64,000 bases of DNA from Candidatus Cloacimonadota bacterium (GCA_963667255.1 OY762940.1:1440001-1504000); one strand, 5' to 3'; counted from the first letter of the stretch, positions 11,075-22,028 are shown. Made by a program: numbers and translations. Notes: a model not told the origin generated them from the sequence alone.

Positions 11075-11845
11075 CTACTCTAAAAATCTCATATCTTCTC
11101 GGGTTTTGAATCTGGCTACGATACGCTCATCTGACATAGATTTTTCTTCATTGTAAACACCAAAATGCACCATTTCACTTAACTCTCGCAAGTATTTTTT
11201 TCTAGGTTTATGAGCAGGATGTCCAATAGCAAGAGTGTCATAGATTTTCAAATAGTCAGGTAATTTTAGCAGTTGCTTTATTTTCTTTTCTTTGATTTTT
11301 GACGATGTCAAGGTCAAATACTGTCCACCGAGACCAAGACTCGTAGTAGCCAAAAGCATTAATTCGAAAGCCGCCGACATACTCGATGCATAAATACTGG
11401 GAACATTTACGATATCCAAAGCCTTTTTGAGCCTTATCTTCTCAGCTACTAATTTATACTTCTGCCCCGGCAAGTTAATACATTTACGAATATCACCACA
11501 CACCACAATTAAAGCTTGAGCATTTTTTGCACTTTTGATTCCGCTATTCATAATAGGAGGGAGCTTGATAAATTTTTTCAAAAGCTTTATTTTCATTATA
11601 ACTTTCGCAATCGCAGGAATATTAATTTCTTCTGGTTTAATAAAAGAAATCTCAGATATCATCTTTTTGTCTGTAACTACAACAAATTCCCAAGGCTGAA
11701 AATTCATCCCCGAGGGAGCGTATCTGGCAGCATCAATAATTTTTAATATTTCACTTTCTTCTACACCTTCATCTGTAAAGGAGATAATTTTTCTTCTACT
11801 TTTCACAATTTTCATAAAATCTTTGTAACTCATTTTAAACTCCAT
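11075..11845 (-). CDS. Nitroreductase family protein
   Basis: SRR, ARYAPSGMNFQPWEFVVV, LGLGG, AIGHPA. Confidence 0.88.
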   Translation of the reverse strand: MEFKMSYKDFMKIVKSRRKIISFTDEGVEESEILKIIDAARYAPSGMNFQPWEFVVVTDKKMISEISFIKPEEINIPAIAKVIMKIKLLKKFIKLPPIMNSGIKSAKNAQALIVVCGDIRKCINLPGQKYKLVAEKIRLKKALDIVNVPSIYASSMSAAFELMLLATTSLGLGGQYLTLTSSKIKEKKIKQLLKLPDYLKIYDTLAIGHPAHKPRKKYLRELSEMVHFGVYNEEKSMSDERIVARFKTREDMRFLE

Positions 11846-11971
11846 AAATCCTCAAACTTCACTCTAAACTTTAGCAAAAATGAGAATATTTAAATTACTA
11901 AAACTGCAAAAAATTCTTACCACTAAAATATAAACCAAAAGTCAGCCTTATTCTAATGGTCGGGAAATTTT

Positions 11972-13714
11972 CTACTTAATATTATAATTATCTATAAACT
12001 TCTGCAAATGGTGTATCCGTGTCGGATGACGCAACTTTATCAACGCCTTATTTTCAATCTGGCGGATTCTCTCTCTGGTAACATTGAAAATACTACCAAC
12101 CTCTTCCAAAGTCCGATGATACCCGTCATCTATACCAAAACGCAACCGCAAAATTTTCTCTTCCCTCGGAGTGAGAGTCCGCAGAACCTCATCAATCTGC
12201 TTTTTGAGCAAAGTCCTCTCGGCGACTCTCTCCGGTGCGATAGTGCTGACATCCTCGATAAAATCACTCAACACAGTCTCTTCGCTACTATCGTTCCCGA
12301 CAGGCTTATCCAAAGAAACCGTATCAGGCGTAAACGACATTATCGTCTTGACCTTATCCGGTGTCAAATCAAGCTCTTCGGCAATCTCCTTGATGTAAGG
12401 CTTGCGACCCAATTTTTGCTCCAACTTCCTCTCAGTCCGATTGAGCTTGTTAATCAACTCAATCATATGCACCGGAATCCGTATCGTTTTCGCTTGGTCG
12501 GCAATGGCTCTGCTGATAGACTGCCTAATCCACCAAGTCGCATAAGTGGAAAACTTAAACCCTTTGCGGTAATCGTATTTCTCCACAGCGTTCATCAGTC
12601 CGTGATTTCCCTCTTGTATCAAATCCAAAAAGTCCAACCCTTTGTTGTTGTATCTCTTGGCAATACTAATCACCAGCTTAACATTCGCCTCTATCATCTT
12701 GTTCTTGGAAATCTCCTTCACCTGTTCGCCTTTGTTGATTTTTTCCAAAATATCCAACATCTCCGAAGATTTCAGCTTCGTCTCCAACTCCACCCGCCTC
12801 ATCTTACGACGAGCATTTTTAATCTTCCGCAAAACCTCAACAAAAACCTCAGGGTCCAATCCGGTCTCTTTCTCCACCGCCTTAGCATCCTCGTCAGACT
12901 TCTGAGCCAATCGCCCATACGAACAAATCTCGTTCACAGTATAAGTCTTGACTTTGGCAATTTCTTTGATAGTTTGCTTACTCTCTATAATCCTCTCAGC
13001 CAAAGAGTTAATCCGATAGATAGCACGAGAAATCATCTTCTTATTGAACTTCATAGTCTCATAGTTTTCAACGATTTGGATACGCAATTTGTCGATTTCC
13101 TTATCTATCTTCTTTTGCTCTTTCTCTTCAACATTTTTGTATCTATCCAGCATATCTCCGATAGCTTTGAACTTCTTTTCGATTTTCTCCAAATTTCTGG
13201 AAAATTCCTCAAAAGTCTCCTCGGTGCGTTCCTTATCCATCCAACTCTCAAAATCCAACTTCAAAATCTGCTCCAGCTTAATTCTTCCCTCGGTATATCT
13301 GATTTTAAAATTTTGAAACTCCTTGAGCGTGCTGCCGGAAATAAAAATGAATTTGTTAATCTTGGCTTGTCCCTCTTCGATTTTTTTGGACAACTCCACT
13401 TCGCCCATTTTATCCAAAAGAGGTATCTTCCCAATCTCTTTCAGATACATCTTCACCGCATCATCAAACCTCTCAATTCTGCGTTTTTTCTGGATATCCT
13501 TTACCTTTACTAACTCTCCGGCTTCCTTCGTTTGCGTCTCATCAACGGTTTTTATTCCCTTATCCGCCAACTCCTCCACAATCTCATCAACCGCATCTAT
13601 AAATAAAGGTGTATCGGGCAAAATTTCATAAAGGTCTTTGTAAGTGATATAATTTTCTTTGTATCTTTTGCAACGAGCGACAATTTTTTTGATATACTTA
13701 GAGTAAATTTCCAT
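11972..13714 (-). CDS. rpoD: RNA polymerase primary sigma factor
   Basis: [48 protein letters not shown]; long non-conserved region. Confidence 0.96.
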   Translation of the reverse strand: MEIYSKYIKKIVARCKRYKENYITYKDLYEILPDTPLFIDAVDEIVEELADKGIKTVDETQTKEAGELVKVKDIQKKRRIERFDDAVKMYLKEIGKIPLLDKMGEVELSKKIEEGQAKINKFIFISGSTLKEFQNFKIRYTEGRIKLEQILKLDFESWMDKERTEETFEEFSRNLEKIEKKFKAIGDMLDRYKNVEEKEQKKIDKEIDKLRIQIVENYETMKFNKKMISRAIYRINSLAERIIESKQTIKEIAKVKTYTVNEICSYGRLAQKSDEDAKAVEKETGLDPEVFVEVLRKIKNARRKMRRVELETKLKSSEMLDILEKINKGEQVKEISKNKMIEANVKLVISIAKRYNNKGLDFLDLIQEGNHGLMNAVEKYDYRKGFKFSTYATWWIRQSISRAIADQAKTIRIPVHMIELINKLNRTERKLEQKLGRKPYIKEIAEELDLTPDKVKTIMSFTPDTVSLDKPVGNDSSEETVLSDFIEDVSTIAPERVAERTLLKKQIDEVLRTLTPREEKILRLRFGIDDGYHRTLEEVGSIFNVTRERIRQIENKALIKLRHPTRIHHLQKFIDNYNIK

Positions 13715-13812
13715 TATTCCTCATTTTTTGAATTAAAATTTTGAACATAACACTCTCAAACTACAAGTGCCAATATCTGAAAACGGTGTTTTTTTGTAAA
13801 GGAAATTAAAGG

Positions 13813-15024
13813 TCAAACAGCAATATATTTATTATCGCCAATGGAAACAAGCCTTTCCAAAAGTAATTTGTTCGTTATCTTCTCCAAAGGCATCGCCAAC
13901 GAATACAAATCTTCGCCACTTTTATCGGAATCGACCTTAATCAATATCCCCAAAAAAATCAATTTATCGACAACTGCCAATATAAGTGTTTTTTGCAATC
14001 GTAACTTTTTGGACAACTCTTCCAAACTGCTATGGCATTCCAAAGCATCAAATTTTTTCCCAATTTCCTTGATAATCTTACCGGATAAAACAAACAATTG
14101 CTTAAAGCTCATATTACTTTGAAGAGCAACACCGTAGTAGATGTTGTAGTTTTCCAGCACGAAAGAAAACTCCGCACCATAGAGGATAATCATCCAACTG
14201 ATGCGAATCCAAATCACGAACAAAGGCACCGCCGCAAAGCTACCGTAAATGGCGTTGTAAGAAGACAAACCAATCTGCAACCACAAATAAATGTATTGCG
14301 TAAACTGGTAGAGCGAACCTGCCATCACTCCGGCAATCACAGCATATCTGAATTTGACTTTCCGATTGGGCATATACACATACAAAAAAATAAACAAAAT
14401 CCAAACGATGAAATACGGCAAAAGCTTAACGGGGACACTCAAAGCAGAATCCAAAATCTTCCCAAAATATCCGCTTGCATTCACTCGTCGCAACTGTGAA
14501 CTGACAAAAATAGTCACACTGGCAGAGGTCGTGAGCAAAATCGGCAAAATGACCACTACGGAAAAATAGTCGGTTAGCATTTTGGAGAAGTTTCTCTGCT
14601 TCTTCACATCCCAAATCCGATTGAAAATGCTCTCGATTTGCCAAAGTATGGACACTAAACTCCACAACAAAAGGCACAGACCAATACCTATCATCACTCC
14701 GCTTTTTGTTCTCTCCAGCAGATTTTGGGCAAAACCGAAAAATTTCTGAAGAATAAGCTCTTGTTGCGGAACTTGGGCGATTATCTGTTCCCGCAGGAAA
14801 TTCTCCACTCCGAAACCTTTGGCAACGCCAAAAGCCAAAGCCAAAATAGGAACGAATCCCAAAATCGTGTAAAGAGTAAGAGCCGAAGCATGAAATTGAC
14901 AATTGTTGTAAATATAACCCCTTATAGACAAAGGGAAAACACTGAGATATCGCCATTGCGGTCTCTGGGAAAAAAGTCGCAACGAACCAATCAACTTCTC
15001 ATACCAACTAAATCTAATCTGCAT
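13813..15024 (-). CDS. YihY/virulence factor BrkB family membrane protein
   Basis: ASALTLYT..VP, IESIFNRIW, YNAIYGSFAAVPLF. Confidence 0.88.
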   Translation of the reverse strand: MQIRFSWYEKLIGSLRLFSQRPQWRYLSVFPLSIRGYIYNNCQFHASALTLYTILGFVPILALAFGVAKGFGVENFLREQIIAQVPQQELILQKFFGFAQNLLERTKSGVMIGIGLCLLLWSLVSILWQIESIFNRIWDVKKQRNFSKMLTDYFSVVVILPILLTTSASVTIFVSSQLRRVNASGYFGKILDSALSVPVKLLPYFIVWILFIFLYVYMPNRKVKFRYAVIAGVMAGSLYQFTQYIYLWLQIGLSSYNAIYGSFAAVPLFVIWIRISWMIILYGAEFSFVLENYNIYYGVALQSNMSFKQLFVLSGKIIKEIGKKFDALECHSSLEELSKKLRLQKTLILAVVDKLIFLGILIKVDSDKSGEDLYSLAMPLEKITNKLLLERLVSIGDNKYIAV

Positions 15025-16639
15025 ATAAATCTAAAAATCGGAAATTAACCGAATCGAACAGCCCTCTGTCGCTTATTTTTATCTCGGGAATCACCAATAG
15101 CGTAAGGAAAGACAAACTCATATACGACGAAAATAGCGAAGAACCCGCTTCACAACTGAGCTCTTCCAATTTTTTGTAACTCTTGGCAACCTGCAAATAC
15201 GGCAAATCACTCATAATGCCACCAACGGGCAAAGGCAAAATGAACTCCGTATCTCCATCCACAAATACGATGCCACCCTTGTTTTCTATTATCATCTCCA
15301 TCGCCCGCAAAATATCAGCATCGTTTGTTCCCACAGCCAAAATATTATGACTGTCATGAGCCACGCTACTGGCGATAGCACCTCTTTTCAAACCAAAACC
15401 TTTCACAAAAGCGATTGTGGGCGTTGCCTTCCCCTTATACCGATTGAGATTGACAATTTTCAACAAATCTCTGTCCAAATCACAAACCAATTTTCCCTCT
15501 TCCACTTTCGGCAAAACCTTTGTCCGCTTAGTCAAAACCTGATCTTTCACCAACTCTATTACATTAATTTCCCCGTCTCTGTGCGGAACATCCAAATTTT
15601 CCGGACATTCAACCACAAAATTGTTGATGATTTCCGGCTCGTTATACTGCAAAATCTCTTTCCCTTTCTCAAAAACAACCTCACCGGCTATCACAGTCCG
15701 CATCACATCAAAATACTGTAAATCCTCCATCTCGATAAAGTCAGCAGAATCTCCAACCTGCATCAATCCGACATCCAATCCGTAATGCTTAACGGGGTTC
15801 ACACTCACCATCTGCAACACTTTGAAAAACCCAATACCCCGCCTCACAGCCTTTTGCACCAATAGATTCATATGTCCACGAAGCAAAATATCGGGATGAA
15901 CATCGTCGGAACAGAACATACAATTTTCAAAATTATCGTGACCAATAGGAATCAAATCGTCAAAATTTTTGACCGCAACTCCTTGTCGCATTTGGACTTT
16001 CATCCCGTAATCAATCTTTTCCAGAGCCTCATCAATGGTCACACACTCATGGTCAGTAGAGATTCCGGCATCAATATATTTTTTGGCATCCGCACCACGA
16101 AGCTCGGGAGCATGACCATCCACCAATTTTCCATATTTTCTCGCCATATCCAATTTCGCTTTGACCTTGGGAGTCATATTGATAACTCCCGGGAAATCCA
16201 TAAATTCACCCAAATATTTTAGCTCATCCATTTTCATCAACTCTTCAAGAGCATCAGCATCCAAAACCGCTCCCGAAGAATCGAAATCAGTGGCAGGCAC
16301 ACAAGAAGGAATGCCAAAAAAAATCTTCAACGGCGTTTTTTGACTTTCCCTCAGCATATACTTCACACCCTCAATCCCTGCTACATTGGCTATCTCGTGG
16401 CAATCGGAAACCGTGGCAACAGTGCCAAATCTCACTAAAAGCCGACCAAATTCCGACGGAGTCAGCATAGACGACTCTACATGAATATGCGAATCCACAA
16501 ATCCCGGAAGCAAATAATTGTCATAACTTTTACCCTCTTCCTCGGTAATAGAAACAATTCTACCATTATTCACCTCAATCGTGCCGGGGAAAATCTTCTT
16601 CTTGATAGGATCAACTATATTACCACAAAATAGACTCAT
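15014..16639 (-). CDS. ade: Adenine deaminase
   Basis: PGFVDSHIHVESSMLTP, DGHAP, TDHEC, SSVAHDSHN. Confidence 0.93.
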   Translation of the reverse strand: MSLFCGNIVDPIKKKIFPGTIEVNNGRIVSITEEEGKSYDNYLLPGFVDSHIHVESSMLTPSEFGRLLVRFGTVATVSDCHEIANVAGIEGVKYMLRESQKTPLKIFFGIPSCVPATDFDSSGAVLDADALEELMKMDELKYLGEFMDFPGVINMTPKVKAKLDMARKYGKLVDGHAPELRGADAKKYIDAGISTDHECVTIDEALEKIDYGMKVQMRQGVAVKNFDDLIPIGHDNFENCMFCSDDVHPDILLRGHMNLLVQKAVRRGIGFFKVLQMVSVNPVKHYGLDVGLMQVGDSADFIEMEDLQYFDVMRTVIAGEVVFEKGKEILQYNEPEIINNFVVECPENLDVPHRDGEINVIELVKDQVLTKRTKVLPKVEEGKLVCDLDRDLLKIVNLNRYKGKATPTIAFVKGFGLKRGAIASSVAHDSHNILAVGTNDADILRAMEMIIENKGGIVFVDGDTEFILPLPVGGIMSDLPYLQVAKSYKKLEELSCEAGSSLFSSYMSLSFLTLLVIPEIKISDRGLFDSVNFRFLDLYAD

Positions 16640-16798
16640 ATTACCTCCATTGCTCCAAATGATTACTCATCCACAAAGTTGGCAAATTTTTATATTTCTT
16701 TCCTGATTGTCAAATCTCTTTCTTGCTTATTTTCGGAAATTGTGAGGGCATTTACAAATTTTCTTCTCTTAGCCTTTACAAGTTGAAACGATTTTGGG

Positions 16799-17909
16799 GG
16801 GAGTGTGCAAATAACTGGGTCTGAAATAAGACCTAATTATGTTTGACAGAATAAGTTATGAACATTTATTAAAATGCCATGAGTATAATCAAAAAAAACG
16901 CTGTCCAAATTGTGATAGCTTAAACACAAAAAAGAAGGGATATATTTTCTCTGAAAGAACAACTAATCGTGGGAAAATTAAAGTCAAAACTCAACGATTT
17001 TATTGTAAAGATTGCCAAATAAGTTTTACCAATTTTGGATATAATAAGAGAACTCATTTTGCACCAAAATTCAAAGATAAGGTTGTTACTGACTATATTT
17101 CAACCAAAAGTTCTCTTTCTGAAGTTGCTAAAAGACATGGGATTTGTAAAAATAGTATTCTTAATTGGATACCTCAGCGAGCTAATTTATATCAGGATAA
17201 TGTGTTACACAGCAATATAGATGAGACAACAATTTATATTGATGGCAAGGAAATTAAGATAAACGGTAAGCGAAAAGTTGTCTTAGTCGCCAGTAGCAAA
17301 CTACTTGATAAACCAATATATTACAAGATTTATGATAGAGAACATAGTAGTTCATCTGAAGACTTTTTGAATAGACTAAAAAAAATGTATGACAACAAAA
17401 TAATTGGGATTGTGTCAGATTTTGGGCGAGGGAAGTGCTTTGTTAAGCCAGTTAACCAACTTTTTGAAGATGTTCCACATCAAATTTGCTTGGTTCATTA
17501 TTTAAGAAGCGTTAATATCAATGTTCCTAAAACAAAAAAGAGTAAGTTTTTTAGACGAAATATTTTCTTTAAGAACTTGATTAAGAGCATTTTAAATGCT
17601 GAAACTTTACAAGAAGCTGAAAATAATTTAAGTTCGCTTAATCACTATGAAAAATTTTTTCGCCTAAAAATTCATAAGCGTTTTATTAAATCAATTAATC
17701 GAAACTTTGGTTTATTAACTGCTCATTTTCATTACGATTTTTTGGATAAAACAACAAATAAAATTGAAAATATTAATCGACAATTGAATAGGAAATTAAA
17801 AAATTTAGACGGATTTAAATCTGAAAAAAATATGAATCATTTTTTGAAAATTTGGTTCAATAATTATTCAAAAGGAGTGGAAATTAGACCCAATTAAATG
17901 CACGCTCCC
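16799..17909 (+). mobile_element. IS256-like insertion sequence, copy 1 (1111 bp)
   Basis: Imperfect terminal IRs gggagtgtgcaaataactgggtct / agacccaattaaatgcacgctccc; flanks attttggg / attttgtt (imperfect TSD). Confidence 0.92.
16839..17897 (+). CDS. DDE transposase (IS256/Mutator-like) with N-terminal Zn ribbon and HTH
   Basis: CPNC...CKDC, YIDG, VSDFG, QICLVH, TTNKIENINR. Confidence 0.9.
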   Translation: MFDRISYEHLLKCHEYNQKKRCPNCDSLNTKKKGYIFSERTTNRGKIKVKTQRFYCKDCQISFTNFGYNKRTHFAPKFKDKVVTDYISTKSSLSEVAKRHGICKNSILNWIPQRANLYQDNVLHSNIDETTIYIDGKEIKINGKRKVVLVASSKLLDKPIYYKIYDREHSSSSEDFLNRLKKMYDNKIIGIVSDFGRGKCFVKPVNQLFEDVPHQICLVHYLRSVNINVPKTKKSKFFRRNIFFKNLIKSILNAETLQEAENNLSSLNHYEKFFRLKIHKRFIKSINRNFGLLTAHFHYDFLDKTTNKIENINRQLNRKLKNLDGFKSEKNMNHFLKIWFNNYSKGVEIRPN

Positions 17910-18001
17910 ATTTTGTTAAATTTGCGACAGAAAATTTCGTGAGGAAAGTTGACACAACTTTCAATCAAACAACAAATTAGTTTCGAAACAAGGAGTAAGA
18001 A

Positions 18002-18559
18002 TTGTCTGTGGAAACCGTAAATAAAAAAATAGAAATGGAGTTTGAGAAGTTCTATTCTCAAACTTCCGGTTTGCTATACAATTACATCCTGAAACGAGTG
18101 AGAGACAACGAAAAAAGTTTGGACATCATGCAGAACGCTTACCTCAAAACCTATCCGGAATTTGAAAAGCTCGAATTTCCCAAAAGCTACCTCTACAAAG
18201 TTGCTTACCATATGATTATCGACAACAGCAACAAAAACAAAAGAGAGCAAAACTTGCAAGAGACTCTGCAATATCAATCGGAGCATAACGACAGAAACCA
18301 GTATTTGAGAATGCAGATTGATAAAGCTTTGGATAAACTGAAGCAAAAAGATAGAGATGTTTTCGAGTTGAAGACTTTCCAAGATTTTTCTTACAAACAA
18401 ATTTCCATTATTACCGAGCTAACCCCAAAAGCAGTGGAAAGCGTTTTGACGAGAGTGCGAAACTTTTTACGCGAAGAACTAAAAAATTTGAGGGAATTCG
18501 GCTATCTGCGTTCTCTTACTGAATGTAGCGACGAACAAATCGATACGGAAAATGAATAA
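18002..18559 (+). CDS. ECF sigma factor
   Basis: DIMQNAYLK, SYLYKVAYH, region-4 FSYKQIS...AVESVLTRVR. Confidence 0.9.
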   Translation: MSVETVNKKIEMEFEKFYSQTSGLLYNYILKRVRDNEKSLDIMQNAYLKTYPEFEKLEFPKSYLYKVAYHMIIDNSNKNKREQNLQETLQYQSEHNDRNQYLRMQIDKALDKLKQKDRDVFELKTFQDFSYKQISIITELTPKAVESVLTRVRNFLREELKNLREFGYLRSLTECSDEQIDTENE

Positions 18560-18572
18560 GGAGGTAAACAAA

Positions 18573-18947
18573 ATGATGAAACTTTATGACAACCTAAACA
18601 GATATTATGACAACGAACTGAATATGGAAGAGCGTAAAAAATTTGCGTCTCATCTTAGCAAATGTCCCGAATGTCAAAAAGGATTGAAATTTCTCCAAGA
18701 CATCAGAAAAATAGGAATGTCTGGCATCATTGAACCTCCTGCCTTTGATAGCTTAAACTTCTCTTCCCGTATTTCTTCGTTGCACGATTTCGGTTGTCTC
18801 TTGTGGCAAAAATTCGCCATAGCCGCTTGCTTCATCTTGTTTGCTCTCATCGGGAGTTTCGGAGGGCATTACTTTTCCAACGACTATACAAACGAGATAA
18901 ATTTGGATAATAATTCCATGTACTCATATTTGGAGGAAAACTTATGA
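18573..18947 (+). CDS. Zinc-finger (HxxxCxxC) anti-sigma factor, single TM
   Basis: YYDNEL...HLSKCPEC, TM helix; RBS aaggagg. Confidence 0.88.
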   Translation: MMKLYDNLNRYYDNELNMEERKKFASHLSKCPECQKGLKFLQDIRKIGMSGIIEPPAFDSLNFSSRISSLHDFGCLLWQKFAIAACFILFALIGSFGGHYFSNDYTNEINLDNNSMYSYLEENL

Positions 18948-19306
18948 AAAAGTGGCTTATTTACGGACTACTTGTTTGTTCCCTGATTTTCAACGCTATC
19001 TTCATCATTGGTGCATATAGATGTCGGGCAAGAATACCTATGGAGCCTCCGCCACGAATGAAGCCGCCCAAAATGGATGCAATGCGGGATTTTTTTGAGC
19101 TAAACAAAACTGAACTGGTAAACGATATGCAAGAATACAAAAAAATTAGAGGCAGAATTGCAGATAAAATGTTCGATAAAAACACGGAAATAGAAGATAT
19201 GATTTTATTGGGAGATTCGCTGATAGAAATAACTGTTAAACGAGAAAAAAAATTTGTGAGATGTTTGATTAACTATCAAAATAATAAAAAGAGAAAAGGA
19301 AATTAG
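18944..19306 (+). CDS. Membrane-anchored periplasmic helical protein (heavy-metal sensor-like)
   Basis: N-terminal SLIFN anchor, Pro-rich linker; follows anti-sigma. Confidence 0.6.
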   Translation: MKKWLIYGLLVCSLIFNAIFIIGAYRCRARIPMEPPPRMKPPKMDAMRDFFELNKTELVNDMQEYKKIRGRIADKMFDKNTEIEDMILLGDSLIEITVKREKKFVRCLINYQNNKKRKGN

Positions 19307-19307
19307 A

Positions 19308-19568
19308 ATGAAAAAAATAGGATTTATAATTATGGTTCTTTGCTTGGTAACTTCTGCTTTTGCTTTCGGTTCAGGTTCAGGCTCAGGTTCAGGTTCAGGC
19401 TCAGGCTCAGGTTCAGGCTCAGGTTCTAAAGGCAACAATGGTTACGGAAGTGCATGTAGTGCATGCACAAATGCAAAAGAAAGAAATGAGAATTGCTATA
19501 GGTATGAAAATCAAAAAGAACAAGCAACACCAAGTGATGAAGCATCAAATAAAGATTTAACTAACTGA
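19308..19568 (+). CDS. Small secreted GS-repeat protein with CxxC
   Basis: Signal peptide ending AFA, (GS)10, CSAC...C; RBS aagga. Confidence 0.65.
   Translation: MKKIGFIIMVLCLVTSAFAFGSGSGSGSGSGSGSGSGSGSKGNNGYGSACSACTNAKERNENCYRYENQKEQATPSDEASNKDLTN
19368..19427 (+). repeat. Hexamer tandem repeat (GGT/GGC TCA) x10 encoding Gly-Ser
   Basis: ggttcaggttcaggctcaggttca... seen directly. Confidence 0.9.
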
Positions 19569-19636
19569 ATTAGCAGTTAGATAAAAAAACTACTAGTAGA
19601 CAAAAAAAAGAAAATTAACGCATTAGGAGACAAATT

Positions 19637-20065
19637 ATGAAAAAATTTGGATTTATAATTATGGTTCTTTGCTTGGCAACTTCTGCCTTTGCTTTTGGAC
19701 CAAATGACGATGACGGGAAACATAAAAATATTGGCAAGCATGAAAACGGTCGTCAACCGATGGAAAGAAGATTTGACCATTGTTCAGAGTTCCCTATGGG
19801 CTGCGATGTGGAGCTGACCCAAGAGCAAAAAGACAAAATGAGCGATATTCATAAAAAACATCGTGACGAAGTTTTTGATATCCGCACAGATATCCAAAAA
19901 ACTAAGGTTGACCAACGAGTAAACTTGAAGAAACACGATTTTGCTAAAGCAAAAGCTAACGCCAAAAAAATCAATGCTCTTAGAGGACAGATTGAAGATT
20001 TGAAAATTGATATGATGGAAGATTGCTACAATGTATTAACCAAAGAACAAAAAGCGAAACTATAA
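19637..20065 (+). CDS. Spy/CpxP-family periplasmic chaperone
   Basis: Signal peptide, two LTxxQ motifs (LTQEQ, LTKEQ). Confidence 0.85.
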   Translation: MKKFGFIIMVLCLATSAFAFGPNDDDGKHKNIGKHENGRQPMERRFDHCSEFPMGCDVELTQEQKDKMSDIHKKHRDEVFDIRTDIQKTKVDQRVNLKKHDFAKAKANAKKINALRGQIEDLKIDMMEDCYNVLTKEQKAKL

Positions 20066-20077
20066 CATATAGTGGAG

Positions 20078-20120
20078 CAAAAGCCACCTTTTTTTTGAAG
20101 AATTTTTAGGTGGCTTTTTT
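20078..20120 (+). terminator. Intrinsic terminator of ECF operon
   Basis: aaaagccacct...aggtggctttttt. Confidence 0.7.
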
Positions 20121-20138
20121 CTTTGCTTATTTCGCTTA

Positions 20139-20165
20139 TTGGCACTCATAGAAATAGACTGCCAA
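20139..20165 (+). promoter_or_regulatory. CIRCE element (HrcA operator) upstream of htpG
   Basis: TTGGCACTC-N9-GACTGCCAA vs consensus TTAGCACTC-N9-GAGTGCTAA; TTGACA follows at 20173. Confidence 0.85.
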
Positions 20166-20243
20166 AAATAATTTGACAAAATTCAACCCCTCTAAATCAT
20201 GCCGTTATAAAAACTAATAATTTTAAAAACAAGGAGTAAGATT

Positions 20244-22028
20244 ATGGCAAAAGGTAAATTATCTATTCATACCGAAAATATATTCCCTATTATCAAGAAA
20301 TGGCTCTACTCCGAGCATGATATTTTTTTGAGAGAAATCATAGCTAACGCTATCGATGCTCTGTCCAAACGAGAGACAATGGACAAGAAAGTTGATAAGA
20401 AGGAACTCAAAGTCAAGATAGAAATCGACAAAGACAATAAATGCATCAGGGTGATAGACACAGGCATCGGAATGACCGACGAGGAGATAAAAAAATATAT
20501 CAACCAAATAGCTTTTTCCGGTGCGGAAGATTTCGTGGAAAAATACAAAAATAAAGATATCATCGGTCATTTCGGATTGGGATTTTATTCCAGTTTCATG
20601 GTCTCCGACAAAGTGACAATCGACTCACTCTCCTATCAAGACGGAGCGGAAGCTGCCACTTGGGAATGTGAGGGCGAAACCGAATACAAAATGAGCAAAG
20701 GTAGCAGAGCCAATGTCGGCACGACCGTGAGCATCTATCTGAACAACGACAGCAAGGACTATATCGAAAGCTACAAAATCAAGGAAATTTTGGATAAATA
20801 CTGCACATTTATGCCCTATCCGATAGAGTTTGAGGACAAAGTTATCAATCAAAAAGAGCCTCTATGGGAAAAAGACCCGAAAGAAGTGAAAGAAAAAGAG
20901 TATAAAGAGTTTTACAAAGAGTATTTCCACGATTGGCAAGAGCCTCTATTTTGGATACATCTGAACATCGACTATCCGTTCAATCTGAAAGGAATCTTGT
21001 ATTTCCCAAAATTGGATATCCACTCTATGCGAAACACGGGAATGGTGAAACTATTTTGCAACAGAGTGTTCGTCGCCGACAATGTGAAAGAGCTTTTGCC
21101 GGAGTTTCTCCTGTTGCTCAAAGGTGGAATCGACATCCCCGATATTCCTCTGAATGTTTCCAGAAGTTTCTTGCAACACGACAAGGAAGTCCAAAAAATT
21201 ACCGGATATATCGTCAAAAAAATCGGCGATGAATTGAAAAGGCTGTTCGGCGATGACCGCAAAAAGTTCGAAAAATTTTGGGAAGATATCCAAAAATATG
21301 TGAAATACGGCGTATTGACACAAGAGAAATTCTTCGAAAATTGCAAAGATATTATCTTGTTTCAAACGACTGACAAAAAGTGGCTCTCAATATCGGAGCT
21401 GACTGCCGAGCAAACCGATGAGAAAAAGAAGGTGCATTACACGACAGACAGCAACTCGCCTTATGTAGAAATCCTGACCAAAGAGGGAAACAAAGTTGTT
21501 TTGGCAGACGAACTTTTGGACAATCATCTTTATCAAAAATACGAAATGGCTGACAGCAATTTGAGCTTTACCAGAGTAGATGCACAGGTCGCCGAAAGCA
21601 TGGTAGATAAAGACACCGTGGAGGAAATCGACGACAAAGGGAAAGGCACTTCCGAAAAATTGAAAGAGCTTTTTGAGAAGCAACTCGACGACAAGAAAAT
21701 CACAGTGAAAGTGCAAGCTCTCAAAATGAAAGATATTCCAGCGATGATAGTCTTCGATGAGCAAATGCGGAGATTTATGGAGATGAGCTCGATGATGAAT
21801 CAAGAAGAGGACAGTTTGCCAGTCAGCGGTTACGAATTGGTAATAAATTCCAACAACGAATTGATAAAGAAACTTGGTAATATGGACAGCAAAACCGACA
21901 AAGGCAAAATCTCTCTTCTCTGCAAATACATCAACGACTTGGCTCTTATCAAGCAAAACAACTACTCGCCAAAAAAACTGCAAGAGTTTGTAAAGATGAG
22001 CTCTGAAATCTTGGAAATGATCAATTAA
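20244..22028 (+). CDS. htpG: Chaperone HtpG (Hsp90)
   Basis: IFLREIIANAID, DTGIGMT, IGHFGLGFYS, PLNVSRSFLQ. Confidence 0.96.
   Translation: MAKGKLSIHTENIFPIIKKWLYSEHDIFLREIIANAIDALSKRETMDKKVDKKELKVKIEIDKDNKCIRVIDTGIGMTDEEIKKYINQIAFSGAEDFVEKYKNKDIIGHFGLGFYSSFMVSDKVTIDSLSYQDGAEAATWECEGETEYKMSKGSRANVGTTVSIYLNNDSKDYIESYKIKEILDKYCTFMPYPIEFEDKVINQKEPLWEKDPKEVKEKEYKEFYKEYFHDWQEPLFWIHLNIDYPFNLKGILYFPKLDIHSMRNTGMVKLFCNRVFVADNVKELLPEFLLLLKGGIDIPDIPLNVSRSFLQHDKEVQKITGYIVKKIGDELKRLFGDDRKKFEKFWEDIQKYVKYGVLTQEKFFENCKDIILFQTTDKKWLSISELTAEQTDEKKKVHYTTDSNSPYVEILTKEGNKVVLADELLDNHLYQKYEMADSNLSFTRVDAQVAESMVDKDTVEEIDDKGKGTSEKLKELFEKQLDDKKITVKVQALKMKDIPAMIVFDEQMRRFMEMSSMMNQEEDSLPVSGYELVINSNNELIKKLGNMDSKTDKGKISLLCKYINDLALIKQNNYSPKKLQEFVKMSSEILEMIN

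Noticed and set aside
12008..13513. Long plus-strand ORFs opposite rpoD (likewise 40844-42313 and 42434-43516 opposite ppdK, 34530-35489 and others)
   Set aside because: Antisense shadows of well-conserved genes; no recognisable motifs
17986..18000. aaacaaggagtaaga shared upstream of the ECF sigma and htpG
   Set aside because: Adequately explained as an extended Shine-Dalgarno context
19205..19438. PE-repeat ORF (and VQAQ ORF 19360-19560)
   Set aside because: Alternative frames of the GS hexamer repeat; the GS frame has the RBS and signal peptide
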